Positions 15,801 to 24,789 are shown, counted from the stretch's first letter. The stretch: 32,000 nt of DNA from Patescibacteria group bacterium (GCA_041674405.1 JBAYVT010000001.1:150001-182000); one strand, 5' to 3'. The notes: generated by a model not told the origin, from the sequence alone. A program made the numbers and translations.

Positions 15801-18800
15801 TCTTCGAAAATTTATGAATTGGTATGAAAATATCTTTCATAACTCAATCAATGATCTAAAACAAAATGCTTCTAAGATCGATTTTTTAACACAAAAAGAA
15901 AAACAGTTACTAGAAGATTTCAATTCTACTGATATAACGATTCCCAATTCTTGTTTTATCCAAGAATTTGAAAAGAATATCAGTAAATTTTCTGATAAGA
16001 TTGCGGCTACCAGTGGTGACAAAACCATAGATTACAAAACTCTCAATCAAAAAGCAAATATTTTAGCAAGGAAGCTCCTGGAACATAAAATCGGCATTAA
16101 TGATAAAATTGGCGTTTTAATGCCCAGAGGCATTGATCTGATCATCTCAATTCTTGCGATATGGAAAGTACGAGCCGTTTATGTTCCTCTTGAACCGGAT
16201 TTTCCAGATGATAGGATCCGGCAAATGTCAATGCAAGCAAATCTTTCATGTATAATTTCCAAAAATGAATATAGCAGAGAGAGGGTGATCACTGAGGTGC
16301 CTTTTTTGCATTTTGATAGCGTGCAAAAAAAGAAGGAAGCAGATATGGAAAATTTAAATATCCGCGGATCGATGAATGATCTTGTATATGTTATTTTTAC
16401 CTCTGGATCGACAGGCAAACCCAAGGGGGTGATGATAGAACAGTTGGGGATGGTTAATCATTGCAATGAAATGATTAAATTTTTTCACCTTAAAGAAAAT
16501 ACCATTATGGCACAAACAGCCTCTCATTGTTTTGATATCTCTATATGGCAATTAGTTGCCCCTTTGCTAATTGGAGGCAAAATTATAATCTACTCGAAAG
16601 ATCATCAGCTGAATCTAAAGGCACTCTTTGAGTCAATTATTGAAGATAAAATCACGATCGCTGAACTTGTTCCTTCGTATCTATTTGCTCTACTTGAACA
16701 TATCAATCATCATGTCAATAACAATAGGCTTAATGATCTTTGCCACATGCTGACAACCGGCGAGGCTGCTTCTAATAAACTTGTTGAGAGTTGGTACGCT
16801 ATTTATCCTGAAATCCCCCTTACCAATGCCTATGGGCCAGCGGAAGCATCTGATGACACCAATCTGTACACTTTGACAAAACAAGAAGCCATTCCCAATA
16901 CGCCTATTCCCGTTGGTAAACCAATAGGAAATGTCAAGATTTACATTCTTGACTCATTTTTAAATAGGTGCCCTATCGGCATAAAAGGTGAAATTTATAT
17001 CTCTGGAATTGCAGTCGGAAAAGGGTATATAAATGATCATGAAAAGACTAAGGCAGCATTTCTCACCAACCCTTTCTCTGGCAACAAAGAACGGATGTAT
17101 AAAACAGGAGACATTGGAAGCTGGAATAGCGATGGAACTATCAACTTTTATGGTCGCACTGATTTTCAAGTAAAAATCAGAGGATATAGAATAGAGCTTG
17201 AAGAGATCGAGAACCAAATTGAAGATATCCCTTATGTCAGTCAGGCTGTAATTATTGTAAAAAACTTTGGTAACTCGAAGCAGTTATATGCATTCATTAC
17301 TGGTCAGGGGCAGATCGAAGAGAATCCCATACGAAGTTCGCTTCAAGCCAAACTTCCGGCCTACATGATTCCCCAAAGAATAATTCAGTTGAATGAAATA
17401 CCGCTAAATCATAATGGCAAGGCAGACCGAAAGTTATTATCTAAAATTGATATTGCTAATCACCAAGAGAAGCTTGATAAAGTTTTGTCTGAGAAACAAC
17501 AAATTTTGCTTGAGACCTGGAAATCAATATTTAAAGATAACGAAATTACCATAAATGACAATTTTTTTGACCTCGGAGGAGACTCAATTTCCAGCATACA
17601 GATAATCTCAAGATTGTTATCTCAGGGCTACGAGCTAGATATTGAAAATTTTTTTGCACACCCGACAATATGCCAACTCGCCTCTTTTGTGATTAAAAAA
17701 CAATACATTGGATCGATCCCCATTTCGGAAAAACCATTCTTTCTCACTCCAATTCAAAAATCTTTTCTAGAAAAGTCGCTCGGTAATCCAAATTGGTATA
17801 ACCAGTGTGTAGTAATTGAAGGCAAGAAATGGAATACAGAGAAATTAAAAGAATCGCTTTTACACACACTTAAAGCGCATCCGGCATTTTCATTACGTTT
17901 TAATAATTTCGAACAGCAATATATAAAGTCTGTTGATTTTTCCAAATACATCTTTGAGTACTCGGCTGATGAACTTAACGATGAGCAGATTCTTTCAAAC
18001 ATGAATAAGATGATTAATATTAAAGAGGGTCCGATTATCGTGGCTACAATTTCAGATAAAGGAAACTCGGAATTTAAATTATTTATAGTGGCTCATCATT
18101 TGATAATAGACGCTTTTTCATGGAGCATATTCATAGACGATCTAGAAAAAAACTATCATAACGCCCTACTAGAAAATAATCATAACCAGAAAAGTCTCGG
18201 CTCAAATTTGCATGAATGGGCTACATACCTAGAAAAAAGATCTTTTAAGAAGATTGTTTCAAGCAGATTGCCATATTGGGAAAAAATTCTAAAAGACAAT
18301 AAGATACCGATTTCATCTTCAATTCCGCAAAAAAACAACGGAAATCATCGAATAATTTCCTTAGGAGCAAATGCAAATTTTTCAAAAAAAATTGCTGACT
18401 TCATAGCAAACAATAGCTCACTAAAGCTAGAACATTTAGTTATATCAATTTTAACACGAGCTCTCTGTAAATGGCTCGCATCTGACGAAATTGCCGTTAT
18501 GCTTGAACGGCATGGGCGCAGCCATGTTCCTAATAATTTCAATATTAGTCGAACAATTGGCTGGTTTACAGTCATTCATCCTTTTCTGGTTAAATTAAAT
18601 ATGGACGGAAATATAGCCCAAGCACATGCAATCGCTAAAGATCTTGAGAATTTGAAAGATGATGGAATTAGTTATGGCCTTCTGAAATATAGGGGCAGCA
18701 TGAATAATCCGCTCAAAAAAATTCCAGAACCTGATATTGCGATAAACTTTCTTGGGGAGATGTGTAGGGCGAATTCAAACGGTTATTTTTCCAATTACAA

Positions 18801-19095
18801 GCTTATTCCAGACCAAACAGTTGATCCGCGACGCCAGTTAGAATATAAATTGGAAATAAATACTTATCTGGTAGAAGGCCGATTGGTTATTGAGTGTACC
18901 TATGACCAAGAATGCTTTCCGATATCTTTGATGAATCAATTGGTGGAGGAAATTGAAATAAACATCAAAAATCTGAGTGCCGAAATTGACAGTTCTAAAA
19001 GAGATAAAAAAATTGAGATGCCAACTTCCAGTTTTAGCAATGAGAGGTTGTCAGAAATTCAAAATAGGTTAGCCGGGACGATTAGCAATGGGTAA
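12862..19095 (+). CDS. Non-ribosomal peptide synthetase 1, domain order A-T-C-A-T-E
   Basis: A1 (~12862-14320): FTSGSTGRPKG, NAYGPTE, YKTGD, PSGKIDR. T1: FFELGGSSIS (Ser codon 14464-14466). C1 (~14620-15900): HHIVMD at 15022-15039. A2 (~15950-17440): FTSGSTGKPKG, NAYGPAE, YKTGD, NGKADRK. T2: FFDLGGDSIS (Ser codon 17584-17586). E (~17730-19000): LTPIQKSF, AHHLIIDAFSW (18094-18111), ERHGR, RTIGWFT, INFLGE. Confidence 0.97.
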   Translation: MYNVKLLHDFFVFQSQKNPNQIAVVDFKKSYTYKEIETSANRLAFELTSHSPALQQDKIGFFTDRSVDSIIIMLGILKSGHAFVPIDPNLPAKRIEYICDKATIKTIVSGNTEYYSSKKQTIIHLRSIITVKDFKYKEIKIPDDRIAYCLFTSGSTGRPKGALIKHSGIVQSIKNFKKAYHFDKNSKVLQFASLSYDASLSEIFPTFAAGGTIYIPPREVILDIDKLSSYIIESGITAAIFPPTVIGHLNKDSLSSLSTLVSAGEECPADLANRMYELVPHFINAYGPTEASVGVTTFELDRKIKNAVPIGKALPGYKIYILNKVGQRVSIGQIGELCIGGVGVFAGYIGDSAKTHEVLIPNPFGVGYLYKTGDLVKQDANGQIYYVGRNDFQIKLHSIRMSPEEIEREIKKLPKINECVVVDGCLESNKEHKLVCYFTASEDLNLTVTRDILRSKLQPHMIPQVFIHIPSMPLTPSGKIDRHALQIKPVRIKTETDTLNDSVISDSPIARIWKDILGTNSVSLEDNFFELGGSSISAMRIVSKINKNTDFHANINLIFEYPVFNDFVRALEKEASETEKEHDKTFADQKLTDPEKLFWAANYTSKKPEAYTLTEVFELNGQINTNRLQRSFEFLISQFPKLRTNFRFRFDKIEKVIKNEKSYPFCLRDYSNLDISRARKKARQTQEHIANIPMDLEKDWLFVAYYLKLSEVEGLLIFHAHHIVMDARAMEIISKKFWDYYEHHQDYKLVENINSMHSQPTDDEKTFWKEYLSRADDNLTSLPYDNPKNETTENNGKTIIHPLPLRLAREGSKTATALGITPFSLFRNIFSLLLHRLSNQVNLTVGTAVSLRDDNSENDIGVFLNTLPIRSTLRSGEPIEKYLVRQNKEFIHCFKHRNLSLPHILKLIQNDCKKDSQPLFNVMFDYIAEEGTSKVIGLQVKRQRAFPATALFDLTLTVKELNCGFELLWEYNTNLFNEKTLRKFMNWYENIFHNSINDLKQNASKIDFLTQKEKQLLEDFNSTDITIPNSCFIQEFEKNISKFSDKIAATSGDKTIDYKTLNQKANILARKLLEHKIGINDKIGVLMPRGIDLIISILAIWKVRAVYVPLEPDFPDDRIRQMSMQANLSCIISKNEYSRERVITEVPFLHFDSVQKKKEADMENLNIRGSMNDLVYVIFTSGSTGKPKGVMIEQLGMVNHCNEMIKFFHLKENTIMAQTASHCFDISIWQLVAPLLIGGKIIIYSKDHQLNLKALFESIIEDKITIAELVPSYLFALLEHINHHVNNNRLNDLCHMLTTGEAASNKLVESWYAIYPEIPLTNAYGPAEASDDTNLYTLTKQEAIPNTPIPVGKPIGNVKIYILDSFLNRCPIGIKGEIYISGIAVGKGYINDHEKTKAAFLTNPFSGNKERMYKTGDIGSWNSDGTINFYGRTDFQVKIRGYRIELEEIENQIEDIPYVSQAVIIVKNFGNSKQLYAFITGQGQIEENPIRSSLQAKLPAYMIPQRIIQLNEIPLNHNGKADRKLLSKIDIANHQEKLDKVLSEKQQILLETWKSIFKDNEITINDNFFDLGGDSISSIQIISRLLSQGYELDIENFFAHPTICQLASFVIKKQYIGSIPISEKPFFLTPIQKSFLEKSLGNPNWYNQCVVIEGKKWNTEKLKESLLHTLKAHPAFSLRFNNFEQQYIKSVDFSKYIFEYSADELNDEQILSNMNKMINIKEGPIIVATISDKGNSEFKLFIVAHHLIIDAFSWSIFIDDLEKNYHNALLENNHNQKSLGSNLHEWATYLEKRSFKKIVSSRLPYWEKILKDNKIPISSSIPQKNNGNHRIISLGANANFSKKIADFIANNSSLKLEHLVISILTRALCKWLASDEIAVMLERHGRSHVPNNFNISRTIGWFTVIHPFLVKLNMDGNIAQAHAIAKDLENLKDDGISYGLLKYRGSMNNPLKKIPEPDIAINFLGEMCRANSNGYFSNYKLIPDQTVDPRRQLEYKLEINTYLVEGRLVIECTYDQECFPISLMNQLVEEIEINIKNLSAEIDSSKRDKKIEMPTSSFSNERLSEIQNRLAGTISNG

Positions 19096-22042
19096 AATTA
19101 ATTCTATAAAAATTGAAGCTGCCTATCCGTTATCCCCTGTTCAAAAAGGTATATTATTCCAATCAATTGCGAGCCCACAAGCACAGTTGTATGTGGAACA
19201 AATGGCAGTTAAAATCACAGGCAAACTAAATATTAGAGCATTTAAAGAGTCGTGGCGGCTATTGGTACAAAACAACCCTATTTTTCGTACCTTATTTGAT
19301 TACAGAAACGGAAACGAACCACTCCAATTTGTAATTGATAATTTAAATGTGAACTTTATCTATAAGGATTTATCTAATTTAACTTCCAGAGAATTTGAAA
19401 GTTGTTGGCTGAATTATCAGACAAAGGACCGCTCGAGAGGCTTTGAACTCGAATTAAGAGCTCCCTACCGTTTGGCGATTTTTAAGATAAACGATTCAAA
19501 CTTCCGATTTTTATTCAGTTATCATCACATATTACTTGACGGTGGCTCAATTCCAATCATCATACATGACATTGCTTACTACTACTCAGAAATTGTTGCT
19601 GGCAGGACCCCCAAAACCATCATGAATAAAACCTATAAAGAATATGTAATTTGGTTGTCAGGGCAAAATCAAAAGACCGCAAAAAAATTTTGGGAAGAAT
19701 ATTGTCAGAACTTTAGAGTGAACTTTAACAAAAAGGGAACCGAACTGAAAACAACTCTAAGTTCATCCAAATCTCTAACATTCGACCATAATATTTGTGA
19801 CAGACTAAAAGTTATTAGTCGAACTAATAGCTTAACCCTGGCAAGTATATTAACTGGAATATGGGGTATTGTATATTGCTCATTTTGTAATCGTGATGAA
19901 ACAATTCTTGGCATTCCAACTTCCGTTCAGCCACTAGATAAATCAGGGGGCGATTTTATCGGTGTATGCATAAATACCATTCCGCTAAAAGTCAGGCTTA
20001 CTAATGTATCGTATTTAAAAGTGATTAGAAGAGTTCAGGAAGATTGGTATAAAACAAATCAATATAACCATTTGCCTTTAGGTGAAATTAAAAAATTATT
20101 TTCAGGTTACGATCTTAACGATCCTTTTGACTCTATCTTTGCTTTTTCATCACACAAACAGGATAACCATATTTTTAAAGGAGTGAACTGGGAATTACTA
20201 GACCACCTGGAATCAACACCATACCCTATCTCTACCGATCTTGTTTGGTCGGATAGTTCAATGCTATTAAAAATTACCTATCGGCCCGAGTTTTATAGCA
20301 GCGAAGAGATTGAAATTTTATTAGAAGACTTCAAGAAAAAACTAAATAATTTTTTGAATAATCCGGAAGAAAGTGTTGTGATTTACAAAATAAAGCGTCA
20401 AAATCTCTTACCCCAGTCAAAAAAGTATGACGATTCTGGGGTCAAACTCAAATATAATCCGATGATCTTGAATACATTAATCGGAGTTTGGAAAAATCTT
20501 TTTCCAGGTAATATCATCGATACTGATAGTAATTTTTTTGAACTCGGAGGAGATTCAATCACCTCGTTACGGTTAGTATCAAAACTTTTAACCCTTGGTA
20601 TTAAAATAACTCCTCAAGACATTTTTGAATATCAAACTCCTGGAAAAATAGCCAGTAAAATATTCTCTGACCGCCTTAAGCCAGGCAAAAAAGCTGATAT
20701 CAAAACAAAGAATAAAAAAACAATTCCGAAAGCAGTGATGGATTTTACTACGAGTCTATATGGTAGTCAGCTAGAAAAAGTACTTCCGGTTTCAAATGTG
20801 CAGAAAGGACTTCTCGAATCAGGCCAGAAAGAAGATCTATTTCATGACCAATCAACTTTTACTTACACGGGCAATCTGGATCACATGATTTTTGAATCGG
20901 CCTGGAACAATGTCATAAAACGGAATAGTTCACTCCGTGCATTCTTCTGTAAAGTTGAAAGAAATTGGTATCAATGCACTATTAAACATTCACACATTAG
21001 ACTTGACTACATCGATATCTCTCAGAAGTCGACAAAAAATAAGGATACTTTTATCAAAAAAGCGATTCATGACGATCGCCTTAAATCTTTTTCTGTTGAA
21101 AATGGGCCATTGATTCGCATCTCTCTTTTTAAATTAGATAAAAAAGAATTTAAATTTTTTCTCCGATTTCATGTGCTTATAATGGATGGGTGGTGCTTTG
21201 CTTTTGTTTTAAAAGAGATTATGGACGAGTATGACGCACTGATGCGGAAGACTGAGTTCCATCCCGTAAAAAGGCCTTCATATGAGAAATATATCGAATG
21301 GCTAAGCACCAAAGATATATCAGAGGCAAAAAAATACTGGACAAAATACCTAAGCGGGACTAAGTCAGCCTTATCAATTCCGCGAGAAGTGACCAAAGAT
21401 AATTCATTATCATATGATGTCAAAATGAACCTGATTGATCTGCCTGATCAGCTATTGATAAGGCTCGGCACCTTGGCAGCTAAACATAAGGTAACATTAA
21501 ATACTTTATTTCAGACAGCCTGGGCTATTAATTTATGCCGCTTTAGACAGACAAAAGAGGTTGTGATAGGAATAACTGTCTCTCAGCGCCCAGCTGGTTT
21601 GAAAGGCTCGGAGGAAATTATTGGACTATTTTTTAATGATATTCCCTTAAGGTTTCAATTCAAAAATAACTATAATTTTTGGAAAGCAGCAAAAGCAATA
21701 CAAAAAGATTTTCAAAACAGTAATGATTATCAATATCTGTCAGCCTACGAGGTTAAAAGAGAATTGGGGCTGAAACAAACTGAAGACTTATTCCAGACAC
21801 TACTTGTATATGAAAATTACCCCAAACAGCAAGAAGATGCCCTAAAATCAAAACAGCAAAATTATTTTGTAAATACAGGTTATTGGCGAAGAGAGATGTC
21901 TGATATCGATCTAACAGTATATATTGAAACACGCACAAGCAACGGACACATAAAAGGGTGTTATCTCGACAAGCTAATATCTGACGATACAGCTTCGTCT
22001 GTCCTTAATGGTTTTTTAGCTGAGTTAAATAAAATTAAATAA
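19088..22042 (+). CDS. Non-ribosomal peptide synthetase 2, domain order C-T-C (no adenylation domain, no thioesterase)
   Basis: It overlaps the NRPS-1 stop by 8 nt. C2 (~19100-20400): YPLSPVQKGILF and HHILLDG (19523-19543), a DCL-like N-terminus that fits the upstream E domain. T3: FFELGGDSITS (Ser codon 20555-20557). C3 (~20770-22042): PVSNVQKGLL and the variant FHVLIMDG (21167-21190). Confidence 0.95.
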   Translation: MGKINSIKIEAAYPLSPVQKGILFQSIASPQAQLYVEQMAVKITGKLNIRAFKESWRLLVQNNPIFRTLFDYRNGNEPLQFVIDNLNVNFIYKDLSNLTSREFESCWLNYQTKDRSRGFELELRAPYRLAIFKINDSNFRFLFSYHHILLDGGSIPIIIHDIAYYYSEIVAGRTPKTIMNKTYKEYVIWLSGQNQKTAKKFWEEYCQNFRVNFNKKGTELKTTLSSSKSLTFDHNICDRLKVISRTNSLTLASILTGIWGIVYCSFCNRDETILGIPTSVQPLDKSGGDFIGVCINTIPLKVRLTNVSYLKVIRRVQEDWYKTNQYNHLPLGEIKKLFSGYDLNDPFDSIFAFSSHKQDNHIFKGVNWELLDHLESTPYPISTDLVWSDSSMLLKITYRPEFYSSEEIEILLEDFKKKLNNFLNNPEESVVIYKIKRQNLLPQSKKYDDSGVKLKYNPMILNTLIGVWKNLFPGNIIDTDSNFFELGGDSITSLRLVSKLLTLGIKITPQDIFEYQTPGKIASKIFSDRLKPGKKADIKTKNKKTIPKAVMDFTTSLYGSQLEKVLPVSNVQKGLLESGQKEDLFHDQSTFTYTGNLDHMIFESAWNNVIKRNSSLRAFFCKVERNWYQCTIKHSHIRLDYIDISQKSTKNKDTFIKKAIHDDRLKSFSVENGPLIRISLFKLDKKEFKFFLRFHVLIMDGWCFAFVLKEIMDEYDALMRKTEFHPVKRPSYEKYIEWLSTKDISEAKKYWTKYLSGTKSALSIPREVTKDNSLSYDVKMNLIDLPDQLLIRLGTLAAKHKVTLNTLFQTAWAINLCRFRQTKEVVIGITVSQRPAGLKGSEEIIGLFFNDIPLRFQFKNNYNFWKAAKAIQKDFQNSNDYQYLSAYEVKRELGLKQTEDLFQTLLVYENYPKQQEDALKSKQQNYFVNTGYWRREMSDIDLTVYIETRTSNGHIKGCYLDKLISDDTASSVLNGFLAELNKIK

Positions 22043-22043
22043 C

Positions 22044-22709
22044 ATGATTAATATCGAAGTTTTAATAATAAGCTGGTCAGAGTCATACGCCCAACAAATT
22101 GACTCTGTTCAACTTCATTGTACAGATGAAGAAAAAGAGAGAGGAAAAAAATTTAAAAAAGAAACTGACAGGGCAGCTTACTTGCTTTGGTGCTCGTATA
22201 TTAGAGAAGCCTGCTCTAAAATGATTGGGATATCACCTGCTTTGATTTCAATTTCTAGGGATAATTATGGCCGACCATTTTTAACCGACTACTCGAATAA
22301 AATTGATTTTAATATATCACATAGCGGATCAAAACTCGCAATTGGTATAAGTACCGACGGTAAAATAGGTGTTGACTTGGAAAAAATTATTCCGATAGAC
22401 ATTAGGGAAATTCAGAAATTTTTCACCCGCGAGGAAATGTCATATATTGATCATTCCAGAACCAATAAAACTCAGCGACTTTTTCAAGTCTGGACATCAA
22501 TAGAGGCCTATTCAAAATTACTGGGTATCGGCCTTGATAAACAGATTAAAAAACGTATTTTTACACTATTAAATAAAGATCAGGCATTAATACAACATGC
22601 CGGATCGCCTATCTTCGTTAACTCTTTCAAGTGCAATAAATATATACTCTCAGTTGCTAGCAAAAATAGAAATTTTAAGGTAAATCTAAACAAAATTGAC
22701 TTGGGCTGA
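22044..22709 (+). CDS. Sfp-type 4'-phosphopantetheinyl transferase
   Basis: ISHSGSKLAIGIS, GKIGVDLEKI and FTREEMSYI...VWTSIEAYSKLLG match the PPTase motifs. It starts 1 nt after the NRPS-2 stop. Confidence 0.85.
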   Translation: MINIEVLIISWSESYAQQIDSVQLHCTDEEKERGKKFKKETDRAAYLLWCSYIREACSKMIGISPALISISRDNYGRPFLTDYSNKIDFNISHSGSKLAIGISTDGKIGVDLEKIIPIDIREIQKFFTREEMSYIDHSRTNKTQRLFQVWTSIEAYSKLLGIGLDKQIKKRIFTLLNKDQALIQHAGSPIFVNSFKCNKYILSVASKNRNFKVNLNKIDLG

Positions 22710-22713
22710 TTGT

Positions 22714-23952
22714 TCAGAAAAGGTTGGCTAAAACAGAGCCCAGCAAATCAAAAGCCTGTTTAAGCTCCTGCTCAGTTATTAATAATGACGGAGCGATTTT
22801 TAGATAATCACCGTTAATCCCAGAAGTTTGGATAATCAAACACTTCTCAAAAGCTCTCTTTTTAACTAAGGCGGCAATTTTTGAACTAGGTGTCTGTATG
22901 CCGCACGCCAGGCCAACAACACTGGTCTTAAGAACAATTGTTGGATATTCCTGATGTAATTGGCTCATCAAAGTTCGAAATAGTATGGATTTCGCCTGGA
23001 CCTTCTCAAAAATTTTTTGATCACTGATCATTCGCACAACTTCACGGGCAATACTGATACCAAAAGCATTATTAGAAAAAGTTGAATCTAATCCAGATTT
23101 ATCAGGGCCGATATTGTCAAAATATTCTTTTCGGGCAATTATGGCACTCAAGGGATAGTATCCACCAGCAAGTGATTTACCAAGTAAGACAATATCTGGT
23201 TGAAAATTATAACGCTCAAAAGAATAAAATGAACCGGTACGACCTATCCCGGCTTGAATCTCGTCTGCGATAATAATGATTTGGTGGTGGTTCGCTATTT
23301 CCTGTAATTTTTCGAAAAAATAACGCTCTGTTTCTCTAAAACCCGCTGCACCTTGCACTGGTTCGAGAATTATTGCACCAATTTTCTCCCTATATTTAAA
23401 AATAAGGTCTTCTAGTTGAGTTAGGGCTACATCAATTGAGGGTCCAATATTAATATCAGGGAAAGGCAAATGAAATATTTGCATATTTTGTATTGTATCG
23501 TAACTCTCATTAAAATATCCACGATCAGTTATACCGATTAATCCATTAATATACCCGTGAAATGCACCGTCAAAACTAATAACACCGTGTCTTTTAGTAA
23601 ATATACGTGCCAACTTAATACTCACATCAACAGCTTTGGCACCTCCAACCGTATAGTATACTTGATAATCTTTGCCGGGAAACGGAAGATGATCTATTAA
23701 TTCACCACTAAGATCATCTCGTTCACTTGTATTAAAAGCTGGGAAGTTATCCAGACGCTCGGCAGCCTTTTTAACCGCTTTAACTATAGTCGGGTTACAG
23801 TGGCCAAAATTAGTAGAACTATATGCCATCACAAGGTCAAGATAGGGCTTATCTTGACCGTCAAACCATATGTAACTTCCTTGTGCTTTTTTTACTAATA
23901 AGTTTGGGTTATAAATCCCAATTTCATCGGTTATTGGCAGCAGATTGTTCAT
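22714..23952 (-). CDS. Class-III PLP aminotransferase, ornithine-aminotransferase (RocD/OAT)-like
   Basis: AYSSTNFGHCNPTIV, GGAKAVDVSIKLAR, IIADEIQAGIGRTGSFYSFE and PDIVLLGKSLAGGYYPLSA (PLP lysine). The track ORF runs to 24120, but that extension overlaps the GNAT gene. ATG 23952 (MNNLLPITDE) is the likely start. Confidence 0.85.
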   Translation of the reverse strand: MNNLLPITDEIGIYNPNLLVKKAQGSYIWFDGQDKPYLDLVMAYSSTNFGHCNPTIVKAVKKAAERLDNFPAFNTSERDDLSGELIDHLPFPGKDYQVYYTVGGAKAVDVSIKLARIFTKRHGVISFDGAFHGYINGLIGITDRGYFNESYDTIQNMQIFHLPFPDINIGPSIDVALTQLEDLIFKYREKIGAIILEPVQGAAGFRETERYFFEKLQEIANHHQIIIIADEIQAGIGRTGSFYSFERYNFQPDIVLLGKSLAGGYYPLSAIIARKEYFDNIGPDKSGLDSTFSNNAFGISIAREVVRMISDQKIFEKVQAKSILFRTLMSQLHQEYPTIVLKTSVVGLACGIQTPSSKIAALVKKRAFEKCLIIQTSGINGDYLKIAPSLLITEQELKQAFDLLGSVLANLF

Positions 23953-24505
23953 TTTTATTTTTCCAATCTTTTTTAGATAAAACCGCTTCCCAACCGTCAT
24001 ATAATTTTCCATCAATAAAAGCGGCCGCAGGTTTAATGCCATATTCCTTAAAACCAAGTTTTTCAAACACTCGGCGGCTAGCAATATTAGGTTCAAAAAT
24101 AATGGCAAATAAATATTCAAGATTAAGTTCAGAAAAGGCGTATTTAATCACACATTGTTCTACAATGGCTGCAATTCCATCGCCCCAATAATTTTTGTTC
24201 CCGATCATGATCCCAGTAAATGCGGTGGCTTCAGGAAATTGAATATCATGGAGCCAAACAGCACCCACGCAAACATCCTCTACGGTTATCTGCCACATGC
24301 ACCATTGATTTGAAGACTGAAATTCTTTTAATCGTATATTTTCTTTGTTTTCATCTGTTTTTTCTGCATGAGGATCTAGCAATCGCATAACCTCAGCATC
24401 ATTTAGCCAAGACACCAATAGAGCTGTGTTTTTTGTTTCAGGTTGAACTATAAAAATTTCCCGATTCTTTTTGTCTTTTCCGCAAAAGATTTTTTGTCCA
24501 AACAT
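23924..24505 (-). CDS. GNAT N-acetyltransferase, RimJ/RimL-like
   Basis: GNKNYWGDGIAAIVEQCVIKYAFSELNLEYLFAIIFEPNIASRRVFEKLGFKEYG. Its 3' end overlaps the aminotransferase start by 29 nt. Confidence 0.8.
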   Translation of the reverse strand: MFGQKIFCGKDKKNREIFIVQPETKNTALLVSWLNDAEVMRLLDPHAEKTDENKENIRLKEFQSSNQWCMWQITVEDVCVGAVWLHDIQFPEATAFTGIMIGNKNYWGDGIAAIVEQCVIKYAFSELNLEYLFAIIFEPNIASRRVFEKLGFKEYGIKPAAAFIDGKLYDGWEAVLSKKDWKNKNEQSAANNR

Positions 24506-24533
24506 GTTAAACCTGATTAATTATTTTAGATTC

Positions 24534-24562
24534 ATATTATCATTCAATAATTATTACTTCAA
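24534..24562 (-). promoter_or_regulatory. Sigma70-like promoter of the GNAT-aminotransferase operon
   Basis: The minus strand reads TTGAAG (24557-24562), an exact 17-nt spacer, then TAATAT (24534-24539), about 30 nt upstream of the GNAT ATG. Confidence 0.45.
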
Positions 24563-24653
24563 TCATGACCATAAATTATTATCGATTTGAGCCTTTAAAA
24601 AATATGCGTCACCAGACAAAGAGATCTAAAATTTGTCAGATAGTTGTACTACC

Positions 24654-24680
24654 AAAAACAGGCAAGACCAGGCCTGCCTG
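24654..24680 (-). terminator. Second, tandem intrinsic terminator on the minus strand
   Basis: The minus strand reads CAGGCA, a 10-nt loop, TGCCTG, then TTTTT. Confidence 0.5.
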
Positions 24681-24732
24681 CATGGTTTATAAGACGTGTT
24701 GTGCGAGTGAAAATAAAAAATTATATTCAGAT

Positions 24733-24772
24733 ACCAAAAAATCACTCTTCAAATTCTTCAGAGTGATTTTTT
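24733..24772. terminator. Palindromic bidirectional terminator element, copy 1
   Basis: ACCAAAAAATCACTCT, an 11-nt loop, then AGAGTGATTTTTTGG. It lies immediately downstream of the GNAT gene ending at 24790. The arms and 3' flank match 26533-26580. Confidence 0.7.
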
Positions 24773-24789
24773 GGGTGAGTTTGCAATCC

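Noticed and set aside
23953-24120. N-terminal 56-codon extension of the aminotransferase ORF in the track
   Set aside because: The extension (MNIYLPLFLNLILLAAE...) overlaps the well-supported GNAT gene in another frame and is not part of the class-III aminotransferase fold. ATG 23952 gives a normal N-terminus.
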